Shown here one piece after another: positions 1-9,340 of a stretch of DNA of 64,000 nt. Within the stretch, counting starts at the first letter, position 1. Each line of letters opens with the position of its first letter. Origin of the DNA: Chitinophaga pinensis (lineage in GTDB: Bacteria > Bacteroidota > Bacteroidia > B-17B0 > Aurantibacillaceae); NCBI GenBank assembly GCA_943369995.1, contig CALRPF020000013.1, positions 36,422 through 100,421 on the forward strand, read 5' to 3'. The notes under the pieces are model-generated. The model worked only from the letters and a program-made list of their open reading frames with translations, was not told the DNA's origin and made no database searches. The translations under genes were made by a program, and so were the position numbers.

Positions 1-126
1 AACGGATCGGTAAACAACAAAGGAGACGATTCTATTAAAGAAGGTGTATACATTTACAAAGTAAGATTTAAAGATATTGATGGTAAGATCCATAATAAAA
101 CAGGACACGTTACATTAATGAAATAA
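1..126 (+). CDS. 3' end of a T9SS type B sorting domain protein (gliding motility-associated C-terminal / CHU_C-like domain), 5'-truncated by the window
   Basis: Frame 1 reads ...IKEGVYIYKVRFKDIDGKIHNKTGHVTLMK*, matching the GxYxY...GxxTL end of type B CTDs; not in the ORF track. Confidence 0.8.
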   Translation, partial: NGSVNNKGDDSIKEGVYIYKVRFKDIDGKIHNKTGHVTLMK

Positions 127-146
127 AAGCCTTATACTTTATATTG

Positions 147-178
147 AAAAGCCTTACCTTTATGGTGAGGCTTTTTTT
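147..178 (+). terminator. Intrinsic terminator-like hairpin
   Basis: AAAAGCCTTACC-ttta t-GGTGAGGCTTTT (one G-U pair) running into a T7 tract that ends at the ATG at 179. Confidence 0.65.
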
Positions 179-1726
179 ATGGAAACAATTGATACATTTA
201 AAGAACAATTAAATTTCGGCTACGCTGCTGCAGAAGGCGCTTTAACCCTTGGTGCCGCTATTTTTGAAGGACAACCGCAAAAAGAAGTAGTTATAAAAAT
301 TCCGTTAAAAACCCTTAACCGTCACGGGCTTATTGCTGGCGCCACCGGAACCGGAAAAACAGTAACCTTGCAGATCATTGCAGAAAGCATGTGTCAGGCA
401 GGTATTCCTGTTTTGTTAATGGATCTTAAAGGAGATCTGAGTGGTATTGCAAAAGCAGCAACACTAAATCCAAAAATTGAAGAACGTCACAAACTAATTG
501 GTATTGATTTTAAAGCCAACGCAAATACAACCGAATTTTTTACCTTATCAAAAGAACAAGGGGTAAGATTACGTGCCACTGTTTCGGAATTTGGACCCGT
601 TTTATTTTCAAAAATATTAGATCTCAATGATACTCAAAGTGGTATTGTTGCAATCCTTTTTAAATATGCCGATGATAAAAAACTACCATTATTAGATCTT
701 AAGGACTTTAAACAATTACTTCAATTTGCAACCGGAGAAGGAAAAGAAGAAATAAAAAAAGAATATGGAAATATTACAAGCACCAGCACATCTACCATAC
801 TCAGAAAAATAATTGAATTAGAGAGCCAGGGAGCTGAACTATTTTTTGGAGAAAAAAGCTTTGAAGTATCTGATCTTGTAAGAACTGATAGCAATGGAAA
901 AGGAATTGCCTCTGTTATTCGCTTAACGGATATACAGGATAAACCAAAATTATTTTCAACATTTATGCTTAGCCTTTTGGCAGAAGTATACGCTTCTTTT
1001 CCGGAAGCTGGTGATCTGGAAAAACCAAAGCTTTGCATTTTTATTGATGAAGCACACTTGATCTTTAATGAAGCTTCAAAAGCATTGCTGGATCAGTTAG
1101 AATCTATTATTAAACTAATTCGTTCAAAAGGAGTAGGAATTTATTTTATTACTCAAAACCCTTATGATGTGCCAGATGCAGTGCTTTCACAATTAGGTTT
1201 AAAAGTACAGCATGCCTTAAGAGCTTTTACCGAAAAGGATAGAAAAGCAATAAAAAAAACGGCCGAAAATTATCCTATTACCCAGTTTTACAAAACCGAT
1301 GAATTACTAACCAGTCTTGGAATTGGCCAGGCTCTTGTAAGTGCGTTAAACGAAAAAGGCATACCTACCCCCCTTGCTGCTGTTCATTTAAAGGCGCCGG
1401 CGAGCAGAATTGGTATTTTAACGACAGAAGAAATTTCAGAAACGATCGCTGCAAGCAAAATTGCAGCAAAATATAACGAAGTAATTGATAGAGAAAGTGC
1501 TTACGAGATCTTAACCGGTAAAATAAAAGAAGCCGGGGAAGAGAAAAAAGAAATTGCAGAAAAGCCCAAAACAAAACAAAAAGCAGAAAAATCTGTAATT
1601 GAAAAAGCCTCAGAAAACACCATGGTAAGACAAATTGGGCGTACGGTAATGAAAGAAGTGGCACGTGGTTTATTAGGTGTATTAGGCCTTGGCGGCGGCA
1701 CTAAAAAGAAAAAAGGCTGGTTCTAA
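179..1726 (+). CDS. DUF853 / HerA-like helicase-domain ATPase (YjgR family)
   Basis: Walker A GATGTGKT, DLKGDLSG motif, Walker B FIDEAH, RSKGVG...TQNP, QHALRAFT; 515 aa. Confidence 0.88.
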   Translation: METIDTFKEQLNFGYAAAEGALTLGAAIFEGQPQKEVVIKIPLKTLNRHGLIAGATGTGKTVTLQIIAESMCQAGIPVLLMDLKGDLSGIAKAATLNPKIEERHKLIGIDFKANANTTEFFTLSKEQGVRLRATVSEFGPVLFSKILDLNDTQSGIVAILFKYADDKKLPLLDLKDFKQLLQFATGEGKEEIKKEYGNITSTSTSTILRKIIELESQGAELFFGEKSFEVSDLVRTDSNGKGIASVIRLTDIQDKPKLFSTFMLSLLAEVYASFPEAGDLEKPKLCIFIDEAHLIFNEASKALLDQLESIIKLIRSKGVGIYFITQNPYDVPDAVLSQLGLKVQHALRAFTEKDRKAIKKTAENYPITQFYKTDELLTSLGIGQALVSALNEKGIPTPLAAVHLKAPASRIGILTTEEISETIAASKIAAKYNEVIDRESAYEILTGKIKEAGEEKKEIAEKPKTKQKAEKSVIEKASENTMVRQIGRTVMKEVARGLLGVLGLGGGTKKKKGWF

Positions 1727-1779
1727 CACCTATTAACAGTATGTTAAAAACCCTTGTTTTTAAAGTTTAAAGTATTTGG

Positions 1780-1787
1780 TAATTTTG
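1780..1787 (+). promoter_or_regulatory. Bacteroidota -7 promoter element for purQ
   Basis: TAATTTTG matches TAnnTTTG, 19 nt before the ATG. Confidence 0.5.
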
Positions 1788-1806
1788 TCGTCTAAAATAA
1801 AATAAA

Positions 1807-2499
1807 ATGAAATTTGGCGTTGTTGTATTTCCGGGTTCTAATTGTGACGAAGACATGGTATATGTTTTAAAAAATATTTTAAAACAGGAAACCGTAAAGT
1901 TGTGGCACAAAAATACCGATCTTGAAGGTTGCACTCATATAATTTTACCCGGAGGTTTCTCTTATGGTGATTACTTAAGAAGTGGCGCCATTGCTCGATT
2001 TTCTCCAATTATGGATAGCGTTATTAAACATGCCAATAATGGTGGTTTTTTATTTGGCGTTTGCAACGGTTTTCAAATTTTATGCGAAAGCGGTTTATTA
2101 CCCGGGGCTTTATTACATAATAATTCACGCAAGTTCATTTGCAAAAATGTATTTATTAAAGCGCAAACAAATAATTCATTAATAACTTCACAGATTCCAG
2201 CAAACAAAGCACTAAAAATTCCTATTGCGCACGGCGAAGGAAAATATTTTGCCGATGCAGATACAATAAAAAAATTAAATGCCAACGGGCAGATCTTATT
2301 CCGTTATTGCGATGAAGATGGAAATATTACAGACGCTGCAAACCCAAATGGCGCAACTGATAATATTGCCGGCGTTTGCAACGAAAAAAGAAATGTTTTT
2401 GGTATGATGCCTCATCCCGAAAGAGCGGCAGATAAAGAATTAGGAAACGAAGACGGGAAATTCTTATTTGAAAGTATTTTAAATTTAGTTGAGGCTTAA
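1807..2499 (+). CDS. purQ: Phosphoribosylformylglycinamidine synthase subunit PurQ
   Basis: VFPGSNCD, PGGFSYGDYLRSGA, GVCNGFQ (catalytic Cys), GMMPHPER. Confidence 0.97.
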   Translation: MKFGVVVFPGSNCDEDMVYVLKNILKQETVKLWHKNTDLEGCTHIILPGGFSYGDYLRSGAIARFSPIMDSVIKHANNGGFLFGVCNGFQILCESGLLPGALLHNNSRKFICKNVFIKAQTNNSLITSQIPANKALKIPIAHGEGKYFADADTIKKLNANGQILFRYCDEDGNITDAANPNGATDNIAGVCNEKRNVFGMMPHPERAADKELGNEDGKFLFESILNLVEA

Positions 2500-2520
2500 A
2501 CAGTTTTTAAAAAACTATTT

Positions 2521-2553
2521 AAAAGGTTGCAGCTTGGGCTTCAACCTTTTTTT
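2521..2553 (+). terminator. Intrinsic terminator after purQ
   Basis: AAAAGGTTG-c-AGC-ttgg-GCT-t-CAACCTTTT plus further Ts. Confidence 0.75.
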
Positions 2554-2630
2554 ATTTTATGCCAAGATAATATTTGTGTTTTATAACCGTTATAAGTTAT
2601 ATTCAACAAGGCAAATTGGTGTATTCTAGT

Positions 2631-2638
2631 TATATTTG
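2631..2638 (+). promoter_or_regulatory. -7 promoter element for the GT-C gene at 2684
   Basis: TATATTTG matches TAnnTTTG, downstream of the purQ terminator. Confidence 0.45.
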
Positions 2639-2683
2639 ACACTTCAGTTTCTTTAATTTATTTAAATAGTTACGCAACGGTAT

Positions 2684-4261
2684 ATGCATAAACATCAAAA
2701 AAAAATAGAATATCTTTTTGCTATCCTACTTTTCTTTTTTGGCTTGTATTATTATTGCTTCCGTATTTTAGGTTTTGATCTTTCTTACACCCCGGGTGAT
2801 TTTGGCGATTCGCGTTTTATTAACTATGTATTAGAACACGGATATAAATGGCTGCGCGGTATTGAGCCTGATTTTTGGCGTGCCAATTTTATGTATCCTT
2901 TAAAGGACAACATTGCCATCTCCGATTCTATGGCGGGCTCATTACCTATTTATGCTTTATTTCGTTTTATGGGCATTGATGTTGAACCTTCTTATCAATT
3001 GTGGTGGCTTAGTTGTTGTATTCTAAATTTCTGGTTTTGCTTTATTGCCTTTAAAAAAATTGGCTTTAGCCCATTTTTAAGTGCTATTGGAGCTTATGCG
3101 TTTGCCTTTGGCATAAACAATTTTAATCAATTTGTACACCTGCAATTCAACTGTAAATTTTTTGTGCCTATAGCCATCGCCTTATTTTATTCGTTTGTTA
3201 AAGATCCCAAACAAAAGTATTTTATTTTGCTACTGCTTACTACCGTTCTTCAATTTTATTGTAGTGCTTATATTGCCATATTTTTAATACTATTTATGAT
3301 CTTATTTGGTGCGTTGTATTTAGCATTTAAAGATAACAGGCAAGTTTTTTTTGCAGCTCTAAATAAAAAACTGATCATGCGATTGAGCATTGCAACGATT
3401 ATTAGTTTATTACTAATTATGCTACTCGCTTTACCCTACCATTCAATGGCCAGGATGATTGGTTACCAAAAATATGCAAATATAGTATCCTCCTTACCCA
3501 CCTTTTTCAGTTACTTTTTACCGGTTGATGGTTCAATTACATGGCAATTCTTGAGAGATACGCCGGCAAGAGAATATCCACTTTGGTATTTACATGAGCT
3601 TTTTGCCGGAGGTTTTTGTTATTTGGGTTTCTTGATTGCTTTTGTTCATATACTATATTCACTTATTAAAAAACAAAAAATAAATTTTTTAAGTGCACTT
3701 TTATGCATTGTTTGTTTTGTTTTTATTTTGATCTTCTCAAAAACAGAATCTCAACATTCCATCTTTAAAATTCTTCAATTCTTTCCGGGCTTTGGAAGTA
3801 TGCGACTTACATGCAGATTCATGATCATTACAAATTTTATAATGATTTGGTTAAGCTTATATTATTTTAATAAAGCAACTAAAGGAAAAGCCATTATTCT
3901 GTCAATTCTTTTAAGTTTATTGGTAATTGGCGATAATTTATTTGATGCTGAAAAAACACCTCGGAGCCTTACAAAAACAAGAATTGAAAGAACTGAAAAT
4001 ATGTGTGCCCTTATTAAAGAAAAAAATACAGCAAACAATAAAATAATTGCTGTACTTAATTTAAAAGATGACTTGGAATTTTTTCACCTGGATGTTATGC
4101 TCGCTACGCAAAAACTTAATTTATATACACTTAACGGCTATTCAAGTACTTGTTATGGAGAGTTATGCGGCGCTTACCACGATCCAAAACATATAAAACT
4201 CTCTAACTGGCTTAGGAGTTATTATATTAAAGAAAATAAGGTAACCTTTATTGAAAATTAA
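2684..4261 (+). CDS. Polytopic membrane protein, GT-C-fold glycosyltransferase-like (YfhO-like)
   Basis: N-terminal TM followed by an acidic loop (PGDFGDSRFINYVLEH...ISDSM), about 11-13 hydrophobic segments and a soluble C-terminal domain. Confidence 0.6.
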   Translation: MHKHQKKIEYLFAILLFFFGLYYYCFRILGFDLSYTPGDFGDSRFINYVLEHGYKWLRGIEPDFWRANFMYPLKDNIAISDSMAGSLPIYALFRFMGIDVEPSYQLWWLSCCILNFWFCFIAFKKIGFSPFLSAIGAYAFAFGINNFNQFVHLQFNCKFFVPIAIALFYSFVKDPKQKYFILLLLTTVLQFYCSAYIAIFLILFMILFGALYLAFKDNRQVFFAALNKKLIMRLSIATIISLLLIMLLALPYHSMARMIGYQKYANIVSSLPTFFSYFLPVDGSITWQFLRDTPAREYPLWYLHELFAGGFCYLGFLIAFVHILYSLIKKQKINFLSALLCIVCFVFILIFSKTESQHSIFKILQFFPGFGSMRLTCRFMIITNFIMIWLSLYYFNKATKGKAIILSILLSLLVIGDNLFDAEKTPRSLTKTRIERTENMCALIKEKNTANNKIIAVLNLKDDLEFFHLDVMLATQKLNLYTLNGYSSTCYGELCGAYHDPKHIKLSNWLRSYYIKENKVTFIEN

Positions 4262-4264
4262 AGC

Positions 4265-6205
4265 TCACTTAAGAAATTCAACTATCAATTCCTTGTCTTT
4301 ACGCCGTGTAGTATGAAACGTATTTTCGTTTGGAGAAATAACCAAATTTTCTTTAAACGGGGTTGTAATACGATATTTATTTTTACCGGCTTGTGTCAGA
4401 ATAAATTCTTCATAGATACTATAACTGTCTTTTTCAAAAACAATAATACCGCCAAACTCTTCTTTTGCAGTTGCTATTTTGCCGTTTAACGCGCTGAGTT
4501 GCGAGCGACCATCTTCAAAAGTTGTTATAATAATTTTACTTCCTTCATTACCATCAACCATTAATTTGCCCTCAGCTGAGATCCTGATAAACTTATTACC
4601 CTCTGTTTTCAGTATAACAGTATCAGAAGAAAGTGTCTTGGCTCTTGATGATGTGAATTTATAAATAGATGTATCCTTTAAAATATAATCGGGTAGTTGC
4701 CCGGTATTCAATATCGCAATCTTATAGTTTTTAACTTTCGCAAGGTTTATTTCAAATCTTGATGGAATTAAACTATAACCTATATAATCTGTATAGAACA
4801 TAAGTTTTATATAATCAAATTCAGGGCAATTAAAAACCACCAGTTGTTCGTTCTTAAATTCTTTTGTAAGTGCATTACAGGTATTGTACCAATTAATGTT
4901 TTGATTGCGTATAAATTGCATATAGCCGTCCGTCTTCTTCCATACGGTATGTTTTTCCTGAAAAGCTTCAAGTTTACAAAAATTAATACTACAATAAATC
5001 ACTAAAACAACAAAAAGCATTTGCTTTATTTTATTCTTTGCAATTTTTAAATACTCGTATATAATTTCGCCAATAGCCCCAAAGCCTAAAAAGAAAACAA
5101 AAAACACGAAGAAAGTAAAGCCGGGCATTTTTGTAGCTACATAGGTAAAAAATGCGTACACTATTACAACAGCAAACAAAAAGCAAATAAACAATTTTTT
5201 GTCACTAACATATTTATACAGTAAAATTAAACCAGGTATAATAAAAAAGTAAGCCAAATAACCTATTGTATTGGCAAGGCTCTCAAAATAGAAAAAAGCA
5301 TCACCACTATGTGCGTCTAAGGCAATATTAATATGTGCAACATTAAAAGCATGCTCCTGGGCAGCCTCTAATGGGAAACGACTAAATATGTAGATCTGCC
5401 AGGCAGCGGGAAGTATAAGCGCGACACAAAATGCTTTGAATAAATTAAACCAATCGCGCCGATAATTTTTAAAAGTATTTTTTTGCTGAATTAAAAACAT
5501 AAACCAAATTCCAAATACGATATAACCCGGCAGCCACTTTGTAAGAACAGCAAAGGAACTAAATAATGCAATAAGCAACATCCATTTTACCGATGCTCTT
5601 TCTTTTAGATATTCGCTATAAGCCCAAATACTCGCAACTATATAACACATAAAAATAATATCGTTATGATCGGTAGGCTGCGAGCCGACCATAAACTCAT
5701 TAAAAAAATAATTAAGGCTAAAAAACAATGCTCCTATAAAACCTATTCTTTTAGTAAATACATTATCTCCGATCTTATAAACGCAAAAAGTAGCAAACGT
5801 AAAACATATGGCACTTGGCAAACGAATTGCAAATGCCGTAGCGCCTAATAATTTAACAGAAAGCGCCATTTGCATTAAGAAAAACGGCTGCTTGTGCAAC
5901 CAAATATAATTCTTATCCCAATTTATATAATTATATGGCAAAATAGTATCGCGATATAGTTTGGGAGAAAACAGGTCGGCTGACATGTTTTTTGCTACGA
6001 GCGCATGGAATTGTTCATCCCAAAGATTGATAAATTCATCGGCAGTAATTACAAAAATTTTAAAACAAAGAGTACCTAGAAGTAAAAAAAAAAGTGCCAG
6101 TGATTTTTTACTATTGAACTCAAATATTAAAACAGAAGAAAAATAAAATAACAAAGAAACGACAATTAATATTTGCTGATAAGGTAAAAAATAACTGTCG
6201 AACAT
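4265..6205 (-). CDS. ArnT/PMT (GT39/GT83-like) glycosyltransferase with C-terminal beta-trefoil-like domain
   Basis: LWDEQFH acidic loop, HKQPFF, AIRLPSA, LTKW motifs; multiple TMs; fascin-like repeats in the last about 120 aa. Confidence 0.8.
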   Translation of the reverse strand: MFDSYFLPYQQILIVVSLLFYFSSVLIFEFNSKKSLALFFLLLGTLCFKIFVITADEFINLWDEQFHALVAKNMSADLFSPKLYRDTILPYNYINWDKNYIWLHKQPFFLMQMALSVKLLGATAFAIRLPSAICFTFATFCVYKIGDNVFTKRIGFIGALFFSLNYFFNEFMVGSQPTDHNDIIFMCYIVASIWAYSEYLKERASVKWMLLIALFSSFAVLTKWLPGYIVFGIWFMFLIQQKNTFKNYRRDWFNLFKAFCVALILPAAWQIYIFSRFPLEAAQEHAFNVAHINIALDAHSGDAFFYFESLANTIGYLAYFFIIPGLILLYKYVSDKKLFICFLFAVVIVYAFFTYVATKMPGFTFFVFFVFFLGFGAIGEIIYEYLKIAKNKIKQMLFVVLVIYCSINFCKLEAFQEKHTVWKKTDGYMQFIRNQNINWYNTCNALTKEFKNEQLVVFNCPEFDYIKLMFYTDYIGYSLIPSRFEINLAKVKNYKIAILNTGQLPDYILKDTSIYKFTSSRAKTLSSDTVILKTEGNKFIRISAEGKLMVDGNEGSKIIITTFEDGRSQLSALNGKIATAKEEFGGIIVFEKDSYSIYEEFILTQAGKNKYRITTPFKENLVISPNENTFHTTRRKDKELIVEFLK

Positions 6206-6232
6206 TAAATAGGATCTTTAAGGCTGAATAAT

Positions 6233-6889
6233 TTACACCTGCATTTCAGGTATATCGCCTTCTATAATTAACTTACCGGCGGTTGCATTTTTTATCTCAT
6301 CAATACTTATTCCAGGCGCACGTTCCAATAATTTGAATCCTCCTTGTGGAGCTATTTCATAAACACCTAACTCAGTAACTACTTTTTTTACGCATCTAAC
6401 GCCAGTTAAAGGCAATTCACATTTCGGTAAAAATTTTGATTGGCCTGCTTTATTTACCTGTTGCATGGCAACAATAATATTTTTTGCACTTGCTACAAGA
6501 TCCATTGCTCCGCCCATACCTTTAACCATTTTTCCGGGAATCTTCCAGTTAGCTATATCACCATTCTCGCTAACTTCCATCGCGCCAAGAATTGTAAGGT
6601 TTACTTTCTGCGAACGTATCATTCCAAAACTCATGGCACTATCAAAAATACTTGAGCCTTTAAGTAAGGTTATTGTTTGTTTACCTGCGTTAATAAGATC
6701 AGCGTTTTCTTCACCTTCATAGGGAAAAGGACCCATACCGAGAATACCATTTTCCGACTGAAGAACAACATTTACACCTTCAGGAATATAATTTGCAACC
6801 AAAGTAGGAATCCCAATTCCAAGATTTACAAACATACCATCCTTTACTTCCTTTGCTATTCTTTTGGCTATACCGTTTTTATCTAACAT
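6233..6889 (-). CDS. scoB: 3-oxoacid CoA-transferase subunit B
   Basis: VNLGIGIPT, LQSENG (catalytic Glu), NAGK, GMGGAMDL. Confidence 0.95.
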   Translation of the reverse strand: MLDKNGIAKRIAKEVKDGMFVNLGIGIPTLVANYIPEGVNVVLQSENGILGMGPFPYEGEENADLINAGKQTITLLKGSSIFDSAMSFGMIRSQKVNLTILGAMEVSENGDIANWKIPGKMVKGMGGAMDLVASAKNIIVAMQQVNKAGQSKFLPKCELPLTGVRCVKKVVTELGVYEIAPQGGFKLLERAPGISIDEIKNATAGKLIIEGDIPEMQV

Positions 6890-6890
6890 A

Positions 6891-7934
6891 TCAATATGCG
6901 TTTTTATATTCTTTTGAAAATTGTTTATTTAATGCTTTAGCTACGTTTTTTGCTATGATCATTCTTCCTTTATAACCATAATGTTCAGTTGTCCAGTTCT
7001 GATCGGTAAATTCTTTTCCATTAACCAACTCTAGATTATCAACAACAACACAATTGTTTTTAGTGTATCGTTTTATCAAATAATCTCTGTTTTGTTTCAT
7101 TAAAAATACTAATTCTTTGCCAACTAAACTATCTGCATATTCAATATTTTCGGCCATTAAATTTAAATACAAATTCACTTTATTTTTATTGCACCAATGG
7201 GCTATTTCGTCAAAATCCTTTATCCGCGGGTTATCCTCACGAATATTAAACGCATACCCTTTTATGTAGTGGCAAGCGAGCGTAATTTTTTCATGATCCC
7301 AGCTTCCATCAGCTTTTACGTAAGTACCTTGCGCCATACCATTATCCCATTCTCTTACGGTTTTATATTTAAACGGGAAAGGAAAAACAAGCGGTTTTGT
7401 TTCCCATTCTTTAAGCATTTCGGCTTCTCTTTGTTGCTCTGTTTTATTATCAAAGGCCTGTAAAGAAAGAAAGAAACGGTTAATTATATTTGGGTAGGGT
7501 TGTGCCAGAACTATAGATTCTTGTAATTGTGTTTCAAGGCGCGAATGTATCCAGGCAGCGTCAAACGAACGCATATTTAAAGTAACAATAATAGCCTTTG
7601 GCTTTTTTTCACTTACATCAATTTGCTTTACCCACTCTTTATAAATACCGGCATGCGTTGCAGGCTTATTGATGGTGGTTAAAGTAAGTGTTGGATAAAA
7701 GAACGCGGTAATTTCGGAAATAGTATTTTTAATTGAATCAGTTTCTCTTACGTTAAAGTTTGACGATTCTCCAAAATAAAAAATATCGGTCTCTTTTTGT
7801 TTTGCCCTTACCTCAACGATCTGTTCACATTTCTCATTAAGATCGCGTTTATATAAAGTAAAATTATAAATAAGATCCAGGCCAATAATTATTACTATCA
7901 GCATACATATCTTTATTATAATTTTTTTTGCCAT
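6891..7934 (-). CDS. DltD-like / SGNH-like membrane-anchored acyltransferase
   Basis: Start revised to the ATG at 7934 (TAATG overlap with the MBOAT stop); N-terminal anchor MAKKIIIKICMLIVIIIGL; block I-like YFGESS; C-terminal TTEHYGYKG resembles DltD DxxHLGxxG. Confidence 0.6.
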   Translation of the reverse strand: MAKKIIIKICMLIVIIIGLDLIYNFTLYKRDLNEKCEQIVEVRAKQKETDIFYFGESSNFNVRETDSIKNTISEITAFFYPTLTLTTINKPATHAGIYKEWVKQIDVSEKKPKAIIVTLNMRSFDAAWIHSRLETQLQESIVLAQPYPNIINRFFLSLQAFDNKTEQQREAEMLKEWETKPLVFPFPFKYKTVREWDNGMAQGTYVKADGSWDHEKITLACHYIKGYAFNIREDNPRIKDFDEIAHWCNKNKVNLYLNLMAENIEYADSLVGKELVFLMKQNRDYLIKRYTKNNCVVVDNLELVNGKEFTDQNWTTEHYGYKGRMIIAKNVAKALNKQFSKEYKNAY

Positions 7935-9340
7935 TAAAACTGAAAATAAATAAACGTAAATTTTTGAGTTCCTGATAAAGCCATTAAACAAAATAATAAT
8001 ACCGTATAAAAAGCCCACCTGTAAGGTGTTTTGAGGGTATTTAATTTAGAATCGAAACGCGAATTGTATAAAAAAATATCAAAAATTATAATTAAAACCG
8101 CAAATATTACTGGCATTAAAATATCAAGCTCAGCGAATTGCAAAGAATTATTCCTCAAAATAGCTTTGATCATATCCTTTGCTTTCTGAAAATTTTCGGC
8201 CCTGAAAAATATCCAGATAAACGACGTAATAACAAATGTTTTTAATACAAGAAGCGCATTTAGTAAACTCCATTCTTTTTTTATTTCGAATTTAAAGATC
8301 ATTGAAAAATAACGTTCCAATAAAAGCATTATGCCATGCAGCGCGCCCCAAACAACAAAGGTCCAGCTGGCACCATGCCATAGGCCGCTTACCATAAAAA
8401 CAATTAAAATATTAATACTCCACCTCGGAATTTTTACACGGTTACCTCCCAAAGGAATATATAAATAATCTCTAAACCAGGTGCTAAGCGAAATATGCCA
8501 TCTGCCCCAAAATTCAGATACACTTTTTGCCAGATAAGGCGTTTTAAAATTATTCATGATATTAATTCCCATTAACCTTGCGCAGCCTAAAGCAATGGTT
8601 GAATAGCCAAAAAAATCGGCATAAATCTGGAAAGAAAATAAAAAGACAGATAATAAAACTTCGTAAGAATTATATTTTAATGGCTCGGCGTAGATTTGGT
8701 TAACATACGGAGCAATGTTATCGGCCACGGCCATTTTTATAAATAAACCAAACAGGATCAATTTAAAACCATCCGAAAAATTTTGGTATAATGGTTTATG
8801 TGCTTCTTTCAATTCATTACCAAGCGTTTCGTAACGCTCAATGGGGCCAGCTACCATTTGCGGAAAGAACAGTACATAATTTGCAAAATACCCCAAATGC
8901 GTTTCGGCTTTCTGCCTGCCGCGGTATACTTCAATAGTATAGCTCATGGATTGAAATGTATGAAAAGAAAGTCCGATAGGCAAAATAATATTAAGGTTAA
9001 GCGGATGAAATTCTTTTCCGAACAAAGAAAATGCCGAAACCAGGTTTTCGTTGAAAAAATTAAAATATTTAAAAAAGGCCAATAGGCCAATATTTGCAGT
9101 TAAGCTGGCTACCAGGTAAAATAATTTTAGCCTACCCTCTACCCTTTCAATAGTTAGAGCCGCGATATAATCAACTACAATAATTAAAAAAAGTATAAGA
9201 ATATACTTCGGTACAAATACCATATAAAAATAACAGCTCGAAATAAAAATGAGCATCCACCTGAATTTTTGTGGCAATAAATAATATAACCCAATTACAA
9301 TTGGAAGAAAAAATAAAAAATGTAATGAATTAAATAACAT
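7934..9340 (-). CDS. MBOAT family O-acyltransferase (AlgI/DltB/PatA-like)
   Basis: MLFNS start, LPIGLSFHTFQSMSY, FFPQMVAGPIER, DFFGYS, FWGRWHISLSTWFRDYLYIPLGG, SGLWHGA (catalytic His). Confidence 0.95.
   Translation of the reverse strand: MLFNSLHFLFFLPIVIGLYYLLPQKFRWMLIFISSCYFYMVFVPKYILILFLIIVVDYIAALTIERVEGRLKLFYLVASLTANIGLLAFFKYFNFFNENLVSAFSLFGKEFHPLNLNIILPIGLSFHTFQSMSYTIEVYRGRQKAETHLGYFANYVLFFPQMVAGPIERYETLGNELKEAHKPLYQNFSDGFKLILFGLFIKMAVADNIAPYVNQIYAEPLKYNSYEVLLSVFLFSFQIYADFFGYSTIALGCARLMGINIMNNFKTPYLAKSVSEFWGRWHISLSTWFRDYLYIPLGGNRVKIPRWSINILIVFMVSGLWHGASWTFVVWGALHGIMLLLERYFSMIFKFEIKKEWSLLNALLVLKTFVITSFIWIFFRAENFQKAKDMIKAILRNNSLQFAELDILMPVIFAVLIIIFDIFLYNSRFDSKLNTLKTPYRWAFYTVLLFCLMALSGTQKFTFIYFQF

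Noticed and set aside
7935-8018. ORF-track N-terminal extension of the DltD-like gene
   Set aside because: It overlaps the MBOAT 3' end by 84 nt; the ATG at 7934 gives a TAATG coupling and a clean membrane anchor
6891-9340. Calling the MBOAT/DltD-like pair a dlt teichoic-acid D-alanylation operon
   Set aside because: No dltA or dltC in the window, the host is a diderm, and the MBOAT alone cannot be separated from AlgI/PatA by eye
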